This document shows, piece after piece, positions 1 to 10,300 of a DNA stretch of 64,000 nucleotides; within the stretch, counting starts at the first letter, position 1, and the number at the start of each line of letters is the position of its first letter. Origin of the DNA: Armatimonadota bacterium (GTDB taxonomy: Bacteria; Armatimonadota; HRBIN16); assembly GCA_963677485.1 (NCBI GenBank), contig OY781964.1, positions 2,688,001 to 2,752,000 of the forward strand. Direction: 5' to 3'. The notes under the pieces are model-generated. The model did not search any database and had not been told where the DNA came from. It saw only the letters and a program-made list of their open reading frames with translations. A program made the position numbers and the translations under genes.

Positions 1-2107
1 TGCTGCGGGAAGCATCGGCAGTTTCAACAGCCAGTTAGGCGTGCCGCTGGCCCTCTGCCGCATCCCGAAAGAGGTGGAGATCGCAGTGATCGAAGCCGGG
101 ATCAGCGCGCCAGATGAGATGGAGCGGCTCCAGGCGATCATCCGACCGGATTTTGGCATCTTGACCAACATCGGGTTGGCGCACGTGGCGGCGTTTGGAC
201 GTTCGGAGCAAATCGCCCAGGAGAAGATGAAGCTCTTCTACGATCTTCCGGCGGATGGATGGCTGCTCGCTCCAGCGGTCTGCCCTGAGGTCGAGCCGTT
301 GTTAGCGGCCGTGCCATGCCCCGTATACCGGTTCGGCGCGCCGAATGGCCAACTGCCCTACGTCGAAAGCCGCATGCGTCAGCATGACGGCACCACCATA
401 AACATCCGCTTCCCCGATGCCGGAAACAGGCTGGTTCTGTTGCGGAGCTTCTCCATCGAATCCATCGCCAACATAGAAGCGGCTATCTGTGCCGCCTGGC
501 TTTGCGGATTATCTGCCGACCAGATATGCTCTGCGCTGAACCTTCACGAGCCGGCTCAGACCCGTATGGAGATATGGCGGTCGCCTAACGGCCTCACGCT
601 CATCAATGATAGCTGTTCCTCTGACCCTATCTCCGTTCAAGCGGCTTTGCGCACACTCCAACAGATGAAGCAGCCGGGCCGTCGGGCGGTATTCGCGTTT
701 GGCGGAATGCGGGAGTTGGGCGATTATCAGCAGAAGGAGCACGAGCACATCGGTGCTCTGGCCGCGGAGGCGGGTGTGGATACCCTCGCGTTGTTCGGCG
801 GCGAGGAGCTGGAAGACACCGCGATCGGCTTCCACAAGCTGCGTCCTAACGGCAAGGCGATGCGGTTTGAAGGCGTGCTGGAGATGGCGGAGGCGATCAA
901 GCAGCAGTTGTGCTCAGGCGATACCGTGCTGTTCAAGGGGCCACGCGGCGGCGGAATTGGGCGCGCTGCCAGGATCATCACCGATGCCATGGCCTACAAC
1001 CGTATGATGGTGGATATGGGCGCGATTGCCGAAAATGTGGCCGCCATACGACGGCTGGTCGGGCCGAAGTGCAAGATACTGGGCATGGTCAAAGCCCTGG
1101 CTTACGGTAGCCATCTTGACCGGTTGAGCACGGAGCTGCAGTCGATCGGACTGGATATGCTGGGCGTCAGCACCGCCGATGAGGGCGTGCAGATACGTCA
1201 AGCGGGAGTCAACCTGCCGATTTTGGTGATGCTCTGCACGCCAGATGAGGTGGATAAGGCGGTTCAAGCACGGATGATCCCGGTGGTCTACAGCTTCGAT
1301 CTGGTGCAGCCGCTCGCTCAAGCGTGCGCTAAGGCGGGGACGGTGCTGCCGGTGCATCTGAAGGTGGATACAGGCATGGGCCGAACGGGCGTCCGACCAG
1401 AGCAGGTGCTGCAACTGGCTGAGCAGGTGCAGGCGACCGGCTGGCTGAAGGTGGCGGGGCTGTTATCGCACTTCGCCTGCGCCGATGACCCGTCAGAAGA
1501 TGAGTTCACCCTGCAGCAGATCGCACGGTTCGAGCAAGCGAAGACCGCTCTGGAGCAAAATGGGTATACCGAGCTGTGCTGCCACACCGCCGCGACCGCT
1601 GGTGCAGTGCGCTTCCCGCAGGCCCATTACGACATGGTACGGATCGGTCTGGGGCTATACGGGTGTTATCCTTCTGAGGCCGTGCAGCCGCTGATCCAGC
1701 TTACCCCAGCGGTGACACTGGTCAGCCGCATCACGGAAGTGCGCGAGTATCGCAAGGGTGACCGCATCGGCTACGCGGGCAGTTTCACGGTGCCTCGTGA
1801 CGGTTACCGCGCGGGCATTCTACCCATCGGATACAACGATGGTCTGCCGCTGATGCTCAGCAATGTGGGCGTGATGATGGTGGATGGCAAGCCCACGCCG
1901 ATTGTAGGGCGTATCAGTATGGACTCCTGCGCGATAGACCTAACCGCGGTGCCTCAGGCGGGTGTGGACACCGAGGTGCTCATCTACGGTCGGCACAACG
2001 GCGGCGAGATACGGCCTGAGCATGTGGCTGAACTGGCCGGCACCCACGTGTGGGAGCTTCTGGTGCGCACCGGCAACCGCGTGCAGCGCGTTTTCGTGGG
2101 GGAATAG
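1..2107 (+). CDS. alr: Bifunctional MurF (UDP-MurNAc-tripeptide--D-Ala-D-Ala ligase)/alanine racemase fusion, 5'-truncated by the window
   Basis: Frame is open from base 2 (GSFNSQLGVPL). MurF motifs EAGIS, TNIGLAH, RME, LINDS, GMRELG are followed by Alr motifs MVKALAYG (PLP Lys), HLKVDTGMGR, IGYNDG and GRISMD. Confidence 0.9.
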   Translation, partial: AAGSIGSFNSQLGVPLALCRIPKEVEIAVIEAGISAPDEMERLQAIIRPDFGILTNIGLAHVAAFGRSEQIAQEKMKLFYDLPADGWLLAPAVCPEVEPLLAAVPCPVYRFGAPNGQLPYVESRMRQHDGTTINIRFPDAGNRLVLLRSFSIESIANIEAAICAAWLCGLSADQICSALNLHEPAQTRMEIWRSPNGLTLINDSCSSDPISVQAALRTLQQMKQPGRRAVFAFGGMRELGDYQQKEHEHIGALAAEAGVDTLALFGGEELEDTAIGFHKLRPNGKAMRFEGVLEMAEAIKQQLCSGDTVLFKGPRGGGIGRAARIITDAMAYNRMMVDMGAIAENVAAIRRLVGPKCKILGMVKALAYGSHLDRLSTELQSIGLDMLGVSTADEGVQIRQAGVNLPILVMLCTPDEVDKAVQARMIPVVYSFDLVQPLAQACAKAGTVLPVHLKVDTGMGRTGVRPEQVLQLAEQVQATGWLKVAGLLSHFACADDPSEDEFTLQQIARFEQAKTALEQNGYTELCCHTAATAGAVRFPQAHYDMVRIGLGLYGCYPSEAVQPLIQLTPAVTLVSRITEVREYRKGDRIGYAGSFTVPRDGYRAGILPIGYNDGLPLMLSNVGVMMVDGKPTPIVGRISMDSCAIDLTAVPQAGVDTEVLIYGRHNGGEIRPEHVAELAGTHVWELLVRTGNRVQRVFVGE

Positions 2108-2229
2108 GGGCTGGGGAACAGGAAGGGTGGGTCGCCAACAAAACCGCGATCACACCACGAATATTTGTGGATGGCGATTGATAGGTAATGCCAATCGGGA
2201 GATTGGCGTGCCCAGGGCACCACGCCTGC

Positions 2230-3420
2230 CTACGCCTTCCTGGCCACGACCAGCCGGTTGGTATTGGTTCCCGCGGTGTTGTTGGAGGTGCCCCAGATGT
2301 TGGCCGTCTTGGTGAACTGCTGCTGGTTGATCATCACGCACTCCACCGTAAACCCTGCCTGGATCGCCACTGGGATCACTAGCTCCTCCAGACGCACGGT
2401 GGCCTTGCGAACCTCACCCACCTCGAAAGCCACCCATCCGCCGGGCTTGGTGACTCGGTACAGCTCCACAAACACCTCGCCGATGAACCGCTGCCACTCA
2501 TCTACGCTGGCCAGGCACTTGATCTGTTTGCCGATGGCCTCACTGTCCAGTTTGTTGAACCAGCAGCGCAGCCAGTTGTCCTGGGTGTATTGCACGATAT
2601 CCAGAAATGGCGGGGAGGTCACTGTGAGCTGCACGGTGTTGGCAGCGATGGGCATCGAGCGGGCATCGCAGCAGCTCCACATGGCCTCCGACCGCACAGA
2701 GGCTAGATTCTGAATCTGCTGCGGACTGAGTCCCTTCATAAGCTGTCGGTTCTTTTTCAGGATCAAGGCATGCACATCGCGGTATTCGGGCACCTGGTTT
2801 CGCTTGGCATTGATCTTGATCTGGCTGTCTTGACTCACCGCCTGGTTGGGCGGCAGGGTGTAGACGCTGAAAAAGCCGGGGGAGTGGCCCGTCAGCCGGT
2901 TGGTCGCGACCATCCGAATCCAACGGTCTTCCGGACTGTCAGTCAGCCTGTCACGCAGTGTGCATAACTCCTCCAGCGTTTGGGGGTGGTAGAACATGCT
3001 CAGATCGATGTCCGGGCTGGAGCCTTCCTTCGGAATCTGCTGGAGGCGATGGGTGATCGCATCGTAGGATGGCAGCTCCACACGCGGCCGGGCGAATATC
3101 TCTGACAGTGGGTTGACGTCGTTGTTATACGGCACACGTCCCAGCAGTGCTGCCTCCACCGCAGTGGTGCCACGCCCGCCGAAGGGGTCCAGCACCACAT
3201 CACCGGGGGTGGTGACCCGTTCAATAAAAAACCGGGGGAGCTGAGGTTTATAACACGCTCGGTAACTCACCTCGTGGAGGTTACTGGCCTGCCTCTGCTG
3301 GCTGGTCCAGTATTCTTTCACCCAGCAGGGGATGGTCCCACCGCCATCTGTGCTGATGGTGAGCATGGTATCTGACATCATGTCGGCTAGGGGATTTGGA
3401 AGCGTGGAGGTATCTATCAC
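2230..3420 (-). CDS. Orphan DNA methyltransferase (probably N4-cytosine)
   Basis: SAM-binding DPFGGRGTT and catalytic TSPPF motifs; AAGGAG RBS upstream of the GTG start. Confidence 0.85.
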   Translation of the reverse strand: MIDTSTLPNPLADMMSDTMLTISTDGGGTIPCWVKEYWTSQQRQASNLHEVSYRACYKPQLPRFFIERVTTPGDVVLDPFGGRGTTAVEAALLGRVPYNNDVNPLSEIFARPRVELPSYDAITHRLQQIPKEGSSPDIDLSMFYHPQTLEELCTLRDRLTDSPEDRWIRMVATNRLTGHSPGFFSVYTLPPNQAVSQDSQIKINAKRNQVPEYRDVHALILKKNRQLMKGLSPQQIQNLASVRSEAMWSCCDARSMPIAANTVQLTVTSPPFLDIVQYTQDNWLRCWFNKLDSEAIGKQIKCLASVDEWQRFIGEVFVELYRVTKPGGWVAFEVGEVRKATVRLEELVIPVAIQAGFTVECVMINQQQFTKTANIWGTSNNTAGTNTNRLVVARKA

Positions 3421-3442
3421 AGGGGTATAAGCTCCTTGGTGT

Positions 3443-3471
3443 TTGCATTGACGCTCAGGTTTCGGTAAAAT
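3443..3471 (+). promoter_or_regulatory. Probable sigma70 promoter of tRNA-Val
   Basis: TTGCAT-17 bp-TAAAAT, ending 12 nt before the tRNA. Confidence 0.5.
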
Positions 3472-3483
3472 AACACACGCTCA

Positions 3484-3560
3484 GGGCGATTAGCTCAGCT
3501 GGTTAGAGCGCTACATTGACATTGTAGAGGTCGCTGGTTCAAGTCCAGTATTGCCCACCA
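3484..3560 (+). tRNA. tRNA-Val (GAC)
   Basis: Acceptor stem GGGCGAT/ATTGCCC, D-arm AGCTCAGCTGGTTAGAGC, anticodon arm CTACA-TTGACAT-TGTAG, T-loop GGTTCAAGT and encoded CCA. Confidence 0.97.
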
Positions 3561-3732
3561 TTTCTTTTTTTGCCAAGGTCCCTTTTGGGGGTCTTGGCGA
3601 TTTCGGTTTTATGGGATGCATCCTTCCGATCGGTCCAATCCGTCCAATCCGTCGGATCGGGTGAATAGCCCAAAACACCCACTTGGCAAGTAGCGTACAA
3701 TATATATTGTGATAACTCCGGAGGAAACCACC

Positions 3733-3978
3733 ATGACGTATAAAGTAAGAGTGATCGTGACCCTTAAGCCTACCCTGCTGGATGCACAAGGCCGAACTGT
3801 GCAGGAAGCACTGAACTCCCTGGGTTGGGACAATGTGCATAGCGCACGTGTTGGCAAGGTGATCGAGCTTGAAATAGAAGACAACGGAACCGCAGTCGAG
3901 CAGCAAGTGGCTGAGATGTGTAACAAACTTCTGGCCAATCCCGTAGTTGAGAATTACAACATTGAGGTTCTTAAATGA
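3733..3978 (+). CDS. purS: Phosphoribosylformylglycinamidine synthase subunit PurS
   Basis: LDAQG, ARVGK and C-terminal LLANPVVENY motifs; GGAGG RBS; adjacent to purQ. Confidence 0.95.
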   Translation: MTYKVRVIVTLKPTLLDAQGRTVQEALNSLGWDNVHSARVGKVIELEIEDNGTAVEQQVAEMCNKLLANPVVENYNIEVLK

Positions 3979-4679
3979 AGTTCGGTGTTCTTGTCTTTCC
4001 CGGCTCTAACTGCGATCAGGACGCCTTCTACGCCATTCAAGAGGACCTGAAGCAGCCTGTAGAATACATCTGGCACCAGCAGACCAGTGTGGGCGACGTC
4101 GATGCAATCATCGTGCCCGGCGGGTTCAGCTATGGAGACTATCTGCGCTGCGGTGCAGTCGCCCGGTTCAGCCCGGTGATGCAGGCCGTAGAGGCCTTTG
4201 CACAGCAGGGCGGACTGGTCATCGGAGTGTGCAACGGCTTCCAGATTCTCTGCGAAGCACACCTTCTACCCGGCGCACTGATTCGCAATGACTGTCTGCG
4301 TTTCGTCTGCAAGCATGTCAAGCTAAAAGTTGAAAATGCCAGCACTCAGTTTACCCAGGATTGTCAGCCAAACGAGATTCTAAACATCCCTATCGCTCAT
4401 GGTGAAGGCAAGTACGTTGCTGATGAAGATACTCTTCAACGGCTTAACGCTAACGGGCAAGTGATGTTCCGCTATGTAGATGCCAGTGGCAACCCCACAG
4501 AGCAAGCTAACCCCAACGGTTCGGCACAGAATATTGCCGGCATATGCAACGAAAAGTTCAATGTATTGGGCATGATGCCACACCCTGAGCGGGCCTGCAA
4601 CATCCGCTTGGGCAGTAAAGATGGTATCAAGCTGTTCACCAGTATGGTGCGCAGCGGCATTTCTGCCCTCGGTAAATAG
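3975..4679 (+). CDS. purQ: Phosphoribosylformylglycinamidine synthase glutaminase subunit PurQ
   Basis: [25 protein letters not shown] and MMPHPER motifs. Confidence 0.97.
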   Translation: MKFGVLVFPGSNCDQDAFYAIQEDLKQPVEYIWHQQTSVGDVDAIIVPGGFSYGDYLRCGAVARFSPVMQAVEAFAQQGGLVIGVCNGFQILCEAHLLPGALIRNDCLRFVCKHVKLKVENASTQFTQDCQPNEILNIPIAHGEGKYVADEDTLQRLNANGQVMFRYVDASGNPTEQANPNGSAQNIAGICNEKFNVLGMMPHPERACNIRLGSKDGIKLFTSMVRSGISALGK

Positions 4680-4698
4680 CTGCAAGGAGGCATCGACC

Positions 4699-5136
4699 AT
4701 GGCTAATATCCTGAAAGAGGGAGAGCGCATCGAAATACTCGTGCGTGACCAATCTCCTGAAGATCTCAAAAACCGAAACTACTACACCTTCTGGGGTGGG
4801 CTCACAGGCGTCATCTATCGCATCTATGCTGACGGTAAAGCAGCAGTGCAGGTAGACAATGACGCGTTGCCGGATGTTGTCATCAAACGGCATATCCAGG
4901 CACAGGAGCGTATGAAGAAGCGATGGGTGGACAGCCTTTCCGATGAAGCACGAAACCGCCTGACCCCGGAAGAGAAGCAGTTCAAACTGAAGTACATGAT
5001 CCTGGTTGACCTGGGTGATCTGGTGGCTTCCAGCCGAATGCCATTGCCCAAGGAACAGCAGAAGCGTAAGTCGTCTGCCGATCTGGACCGTGCTGAGGCT
5101 CAATACCTCAACACCCCGCCGGAGCCCACGTTCTAA
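4699..5136 (+). CDS. Hypothetical protein
   Basis: AAGGAGG RBS before the ATG; lies between purQ and hisF, with its stop overlapping the hisF start. Confidence 0.75.
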   Translation: MANILKEGERIEILVRDQSPEDLKNRNYYTFWGGLTGVIYRIYADGKAAVQVDNDALPDVVIKRHIQAQERMKKRWVDSLSDEARNRLTPEEKQFKLKYMILVDLGDLVASSRMPLPKEQQKRKSSADLDRAEAQYLNTPPEPTF

Positions 5137-5918
5137 TGCTGGCTAAACGAGTTATCCCCTGCCTGGATGTAAAAAACGGCCGTGTGGTGAAGGGTGTCAA
5201 CTTCGTGAACCTGCGAGATGCAGGCGACCCGGTTGAGCTTGGGGCTGAATACGACCGTCAAGGCGCGGATGAGTTGGTTTTCCTGGATATCACCGCCAGC
5301 CACGAGCAACGCGACATCGTGGCGGCGATGGCCGCCCGTGTGGCGGAGCAAGTCTTTATCCCCTTCACCGTGGGCGGCGGCATCCGTACCGTAGAGGACT
5401 TCCGGCAGGTGTTGAAGGCGGGTGCCGATAAAATCAGCATCAACACCGCAGCGGTGACCACTCCCCACTTAATCAGCGAGGCGGCGGAGCGGTTTGGCAG
5501 CCAGTGCGTGGTGGTGGCGATAGACCCCAAACGGGTGGGCACCAAACCAGACGGCACCCCAAAATGGGAAGTTTTTACCCACGGAGGGCGCACCCCGACT
5601 GGGCTGGATGCTATTGAGTGGGCATTGGAAGTCGAACGGCTGGGAGCGGGCGAAATTCTTCTGACTAGCATGGACCGTGACGGCACGCAGGATGGGTTCA
5701 ACATCCCTCTGACCAGGGCTGTGGCAGAGGCGGTCGGTATTCCGGTGATCGCATCGGGTGGAGCCGGCACCCCGGAGCACCTGGTGAAAGCGGTGACCGA
5801 AGGAAAGGCCGACGCGGCACTTATCGCCAGCATGGTTCACGACGGAAACTACACCATCGCGCTAATCAAGCAGGTAATGGCTGAACAGGGTATCCCAGTT
5901 CGGCAGATTACCGTTTAG
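5136..5918 (+). CDS. hisF: Imidazole glycerol phosphate synthase cyclase subunit
   Basis: [33 protein letters not shown] and IASGGAG motifs. Confidence 0.97.
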   Translation: MLAKRVIPCLDVKNGRVVKGVNFVNLRDAGDPVELGAEYDRQGADELVFLDITASHEQRDIVAAMAARVAEQVFIPFTVGGGIRTVEDFRQVLKAGADKISINTAAVTTPHLISEAAERFGSQCVVVAIDPKRVGTKPDGTPKWEVFTHGGRTPTGLDAIEWALEVERLGAGEILLTSMDRDGTQDGFNIPLTRAVAEAVGIPVIASGGAGTPEHLVKAVTEGKADAALIASMVHDGNYTIALIKQVMAEQGIPVRQITV

Positions 5919-5963
5919 TCGGCGAAGAATCCCGACCCCGCATCGTGCTTGTAAGTAACTGCT

Positions 5964-6072
5964 CGTAGGGGCGTCCCTTGTGGGCGCCTAAGGGCAAGCA
6001 CGGGGGCTTGCCCCTACGTGCGCCCGTATATACGACCCGTTTCGGTAGGGGCAACCCCCCGTGGTTGCCCGT
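5964..6072. repeat. Cluster of GTAG-type REP-like palindromes
   Basis: GTAGGGGCGTCCCTTGTGGGCGCC, GGGCAAGCACGGGGGCTTGCCCCTAC and GTAGGGGCAACCCCCCGTGGTTGCCC; related copies at 50528-50750 and 61871-61960. Confidence 0.8.
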
Positions 6073-6174
6073 TTCCCAAAAACCGTCCGCCGGACGCACC
6101 TGTATCCGTTACAGTATCGGTTGCCGTGCCAGCACGGGCGGTTGCTTGTTGCTCATACTGAGGAGGCCTATAAA

Positions 6175-6774
6175 ATGCTGCGCCGTTATCCATCTCTTCG
6201 TGTGGTCATCCCACTTGCGCTGCTTCTCATCGCGATCAGCTTAGGCCGGTATCTCATCGAGGGTGCCGCAGGCGGCACCGCCCCCTTTGTGAAGTTGAGC
6301 CCGTCAAAGGTGAATTTCGTTCTTGTGGGTGATGATCTCCGTGCTGTGATATCCAACCACACCGTGTTTATCTATAATGCCGCGGATGTGCAGGGCAAGT
6401 CATTCGCTGCCGGACAAGAGCCCGCCATCAAGCCGGGAGCCCGTCCATTGACCGTAGAGCAGGCGATGGCCAAAGGTGGCCTTGTGATGACCGAGAAGCA
6501 GTTGAAGTCCGCGGAGATGCATACAGTAGATGCACCGAAACCGATGGTTGGGAAATACGCGGTTGTGCAAGTGCAATTAACGCCTGAGGGAAGGCAGCGT
6601 CTGGCGCGCTTCACCCGTGAGAATCCAGGCAAGCAGGTTGCGATCAGTGTGAATGGAACCTGGACGGCAACTTTTGATATCGAAGGCACACTAGCCGTCA
6701 GCGGGTTCACGATTGAACCCGTTTGGGCCATCCCTCTGGCCACTGACATGGCTGTAGCCATAAACGGTCAGTAA
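6175..6774 (+). CDS. Membrane-anchored protein with SecDF P1 head-like domain
   Basis: AGGAGG RBS; N-terminal TM helix; VQLTPEGRQRLARFTRENPGKQVAISVNG resembles the SecD periplasmic head. Confidence 0.6.
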   Translation: MLRRYPSLRVVIPLALLLIAISLGRYLIEGAAGGTAPFVKLSPSKVNFVLVGDDLRAVISNHTVFIYNAADVQGKSFAAGQEPAIKPGARPLTVEQAMAKGGLVMTEKQLKSAEMHTVDAPKPMVGKYAVVQVQLTPEGRQRLARFTRENPGKQVAISVNGTWTATFDIEGTLAVSGFTIEPVWAIPLATDMAVAINGQ

Positions 6775-7387
6775 CTTTTTCCCCCGGTTGCGAGGCCACC
6801 GCGCAAAGGTAGCCTTCTGCCGGTTCGCTCCACGTCAACTGGTGGTCTTGATGTACCGGCTGCCAGTGATCATCAAGAACCGCGTGCTCCAACCCATGGC
6901 CTATTCCGCATCCGCTGGCCTTTACTAGTGCCTCTTTGCCAGTCCATATGCGGGTAAAGGTAGATGCAAATTCATCAGCGGGTACCGACTGCAGCCTGGT
7001 GCATTCCTCGACACTAAAGAACCGTCTGGCGATATCCATGCCGCAGTGCTGGCCGCGGATGGCTTCGACATCCACACCCACCGGTCCTTCGGAGCTGAGC
7101 GCAATGGCCACCAGTTCACCGCTATGGCTGGCGTTGAACCAGACCCTGTGTTGCGGAAGATATGGCTTACCGTAGATATTACGCAGTATCTCAAGATCAG
7201 CCGGATGAACTCCAGTGCGTTCCGATAGAAGCCACCTGACAGCCGCGCGTGAGATGGAACTCCGAAGCTGGTCATCCTCGCGCCGAAACCGTTCGATCTC
7301 ACTGCGTTCCAGATCACTGAGAATCTGCTGCATGGCGTTGACATGCACACGCCACTCCGCAGTGTGAAGCAGGTAGAGATCAGCCAT
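6707..7387 (-). CDS. Sfp-type 4'-phosphopantetheinyl transferase
   Basis: YGKP, FNASHS, VGVDVE and WTGKEALVKA motifs; overlaps the NRPS stop. Confidence 0.93.
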   Translation of the reverse strand: MADLYLLHTAEWRVHVNAMQQILSDLERSEIERFRREDDQLRSSISRAAVRWLLSERTGVHPADLEILRNIYGKPYLPQHRVWFNASHSGELVAIALSSEGPVGVDVEAIRGQHCGMDIARRFFSVEECTRLQSVPADEFASTFTRIWTGKEALVKASGCGIGHGLEHAVLDDHWQPVHQDHQLTWSEPAEGYLCAVASQPGEKVTDRLWLQPCQWPEGWPKRVQS

Positions 7388-10300
7388 TGCTCTCAGCCTT
7401 GTTTGGCAGGTAATTCAACATGACCTCTGCTAGTTTCGACACATTGGGCTGCTTTAGTATGGTCTCGTGTGTGCCCGGAATCACATCGTTTGTGATTTTG
7501 AACTCCTTGGACTTCCAGCCCCAGTCGGCATCGGGTATGGCACCATCTGCCAGAGTGTCGCCGTAGATGAGGTGCAGGTTTCCAGGATGTCGGCTCTGAC
7601 GATACTTGCGTTCGGCTTCCAGGTTCAGCTTGCTGACTAGAGCCCGGTTCTTCAGAATTCCGCTATCTATATCGAGCCGAAAACCTCGCTCAAACTCACC
7701 TGACTTGACCTGTTGCTGCCATCGGATCTTGCCCATATACCAGTTACATATGCCCTTGGGGCCAAGTTTCAGCAGGGCACATAATCGAAGTAGTTTCAAG
7801 CCGATACCTGAGCTACAGGATTCAAGTGTGGGTGTTTCAATCAGTATCAACGAACCGACCTGTTCACCTGCGTCCTGCAGTTGGATGGTCATTTCCACTG
7901 CCACCATACCGCCATAACACCAGCCAGAAATGTGATATGGCCCATGCGGCTGCACAAGTTTCATTTTTTCTATATATACAGCAGCCATCTGCTCTACGGT
8001 ATTATGTGCCTGATCGGGGTGCGTCAGTCCTAGACTCTCAAGGCCATACACGGGATGTGATCCACCTATGATACTTGCCAAGTGAGCATATCCCATCACA
8101 TCACCTGGCGTGGAGTGAACTATGAACAACGGTGTGCCTGTGCCGTCAGCTAACTTAACCAAAATCTCTTCACGATGAATATCTGACAACGCATCCGCCA
8201 GCCTGCGGATGGTGCCACTCCGGATGACCTGGGCAGGTGTGATGGCCACACCGTAATGTGACGCCCGCACGATCATATCCATGATCATCAGCGAAAACCC
8301 GCCCAGTTCGAAGAAGTCGTCATCGATGCCAACAACCGTATTGAACAGTTGCTTCCATACTTCACAAAGCACTTCTTCCAGATGGTTGTTGGGCGGCACT
8401 ATTTGGTGCTCTTTAGTCAGTTTTACATCAGGCAGAGCATTAGAATCGAGCTTGCCTCCGGGGGTCATCGGCAGCTCCGGCATCAGTATGATGGCTGCCG
8501 GAACCATGTATCTTGGTAACTTGAGATCCAGATATTCACGCACAATCATTTCCGATACATCAGGTTCCGCTGCCAGATAAGCCACCAGTTGTTTGTTCGC
8601 GGCATCACCTTGCGCTATCACGACTGCCTGCTTCACGCCTTGCACCTGGCAGCAAGCCTCTTCTATCTCCGCCGGCTCCACACGGTAGCCGTGCAGTTTG
8701 ACCTGCCGGTCTGCCCGCCCGATATATTCCAGGTTGCCATCGTTGCGCCATCTTACCAGGTCGCCGGTGCGGTAACACCGCTGCCCATCGGCACTGGTCA
8801 CGAACCGCTGCTCAGTCATTTCGGGACGGTTGCGGTATCCGATCGCCACACCCTCGCCGCCAATCCAAAGCTCGCCCACAGTACCAAACGGCGCAAGCCG
8901 CCCTGAGGGTTCCACCACTATGGCGGTCGCCCCGAAACACGGCCGGCCTATAGGCGCCTCACCGTCGTGCTCCTCAAGAAGGGCGTGGTCAATGACGGCC
9001 ATGGAACATACCACGGTACACTCCGTCGGACCGTATGTATTGAAAAGTGTGACATTGGGGTATCTGTCGATAAAGCTCACCACATGGCTGGATAGTGCTT
9101 TTTCGCCTCCGATGATCACCATTCGTACAGACTCTGGCAGTGCTGGGGCAGCCGATGAGGCCACCGCCACACTGAAGTAGGCGGTCGGAAGGTCTAGCAC
9201 GGTCACTTGCCACTCGGAGAGCAGCCTTTGAAGCTCGTTAGCGTCATTTGCTGTCTCTGGGGTACGCAACACGAGCACTCCACCCGCTAACAGGCAGGGG
9301 TATATCTCTTCCATGCTGGCATCGAAGTTGGGGCTAGAAAACTGCAGCACCACATCGCTCTCCATGATGCCGTAACCGGCCATGGCCCGCTGCACAAAAT
9401 GGCTAAGGGAGCGATGACTGAGTTCCACGCCGCGAGGTGTTCCTGTACTGCCAGAGGTGTAAATCATGACGGCCGGAGCTTCCCAATCAATGGAGTAAGA
9501 TGCTGCTTCGGCATCAATGAGCTCTGTGTCGATATCCAGCAATCTCAATCCTTCACCCAGGCGACGTGATAACTCGGCCGTAGGCTGATTGTATAATATA
9601 CACCCCATCCCGCTATCGGTGACGATGTGCTGCAAGCGATCGTCCGGATAGGTGGCATCAAGTGCCACAACGGGGCATCCTGCCAGCATCACACCCAGCA
9701 GGCAGCCCACCAGCTCAGGGCTTCTGTTCACACAGACACCGACCGGCAGGGTCTTGCCTTTAAGTGTTGCGGCTACACTGTATGCATACCGGCTGAGCTC
9801 TGCTCTGCTCCACTCGCAACTGCGGTGGTCAATCTCATCCCACCAGCGAATCGCGGCTTTTTCAGGCTCGGACGATAGACGCTCAAGTATGAGCTGCGGC
9901 ACCGCCTTTAGCTCAACCGGCAGATCGGCATCAGTCGGCTTGCCAAACTCCTGTAAAGTGGTGGCTTCATCAACTGAGTGGCAGGGCAGGGCATCCAGAA
10001 GCTCATCGGGCTGATCAGCGATCTGCTCAAGGGCATGTATCCACATCCGCGCCCAGCGTTCCGCAGTGGACTGATCAAAGATATCTTTCCGGTAGTCCAG
10101 CACCAAATCGATGCTATCCGGCCTCGGGGACACCCACCAGGTCAGATCGAACAGGCTTCGTTCAGTGCCGACATAGTGCCAACTACTGCGAATACCTGGA
10201 AGATCGAGCACTCCTTGATTAACGTTTTGGTACACGAACATAACTTGGAAGATCGGAGAGTATGACAAACTGCGTTCTACTTTGGCCCCATTCAATACAT

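Noticed and set aside
3484-3560. tRNA as an island integration site
   Set aside because: No integrase and no duplicated tRNA 3' end seen; purS follows directly.
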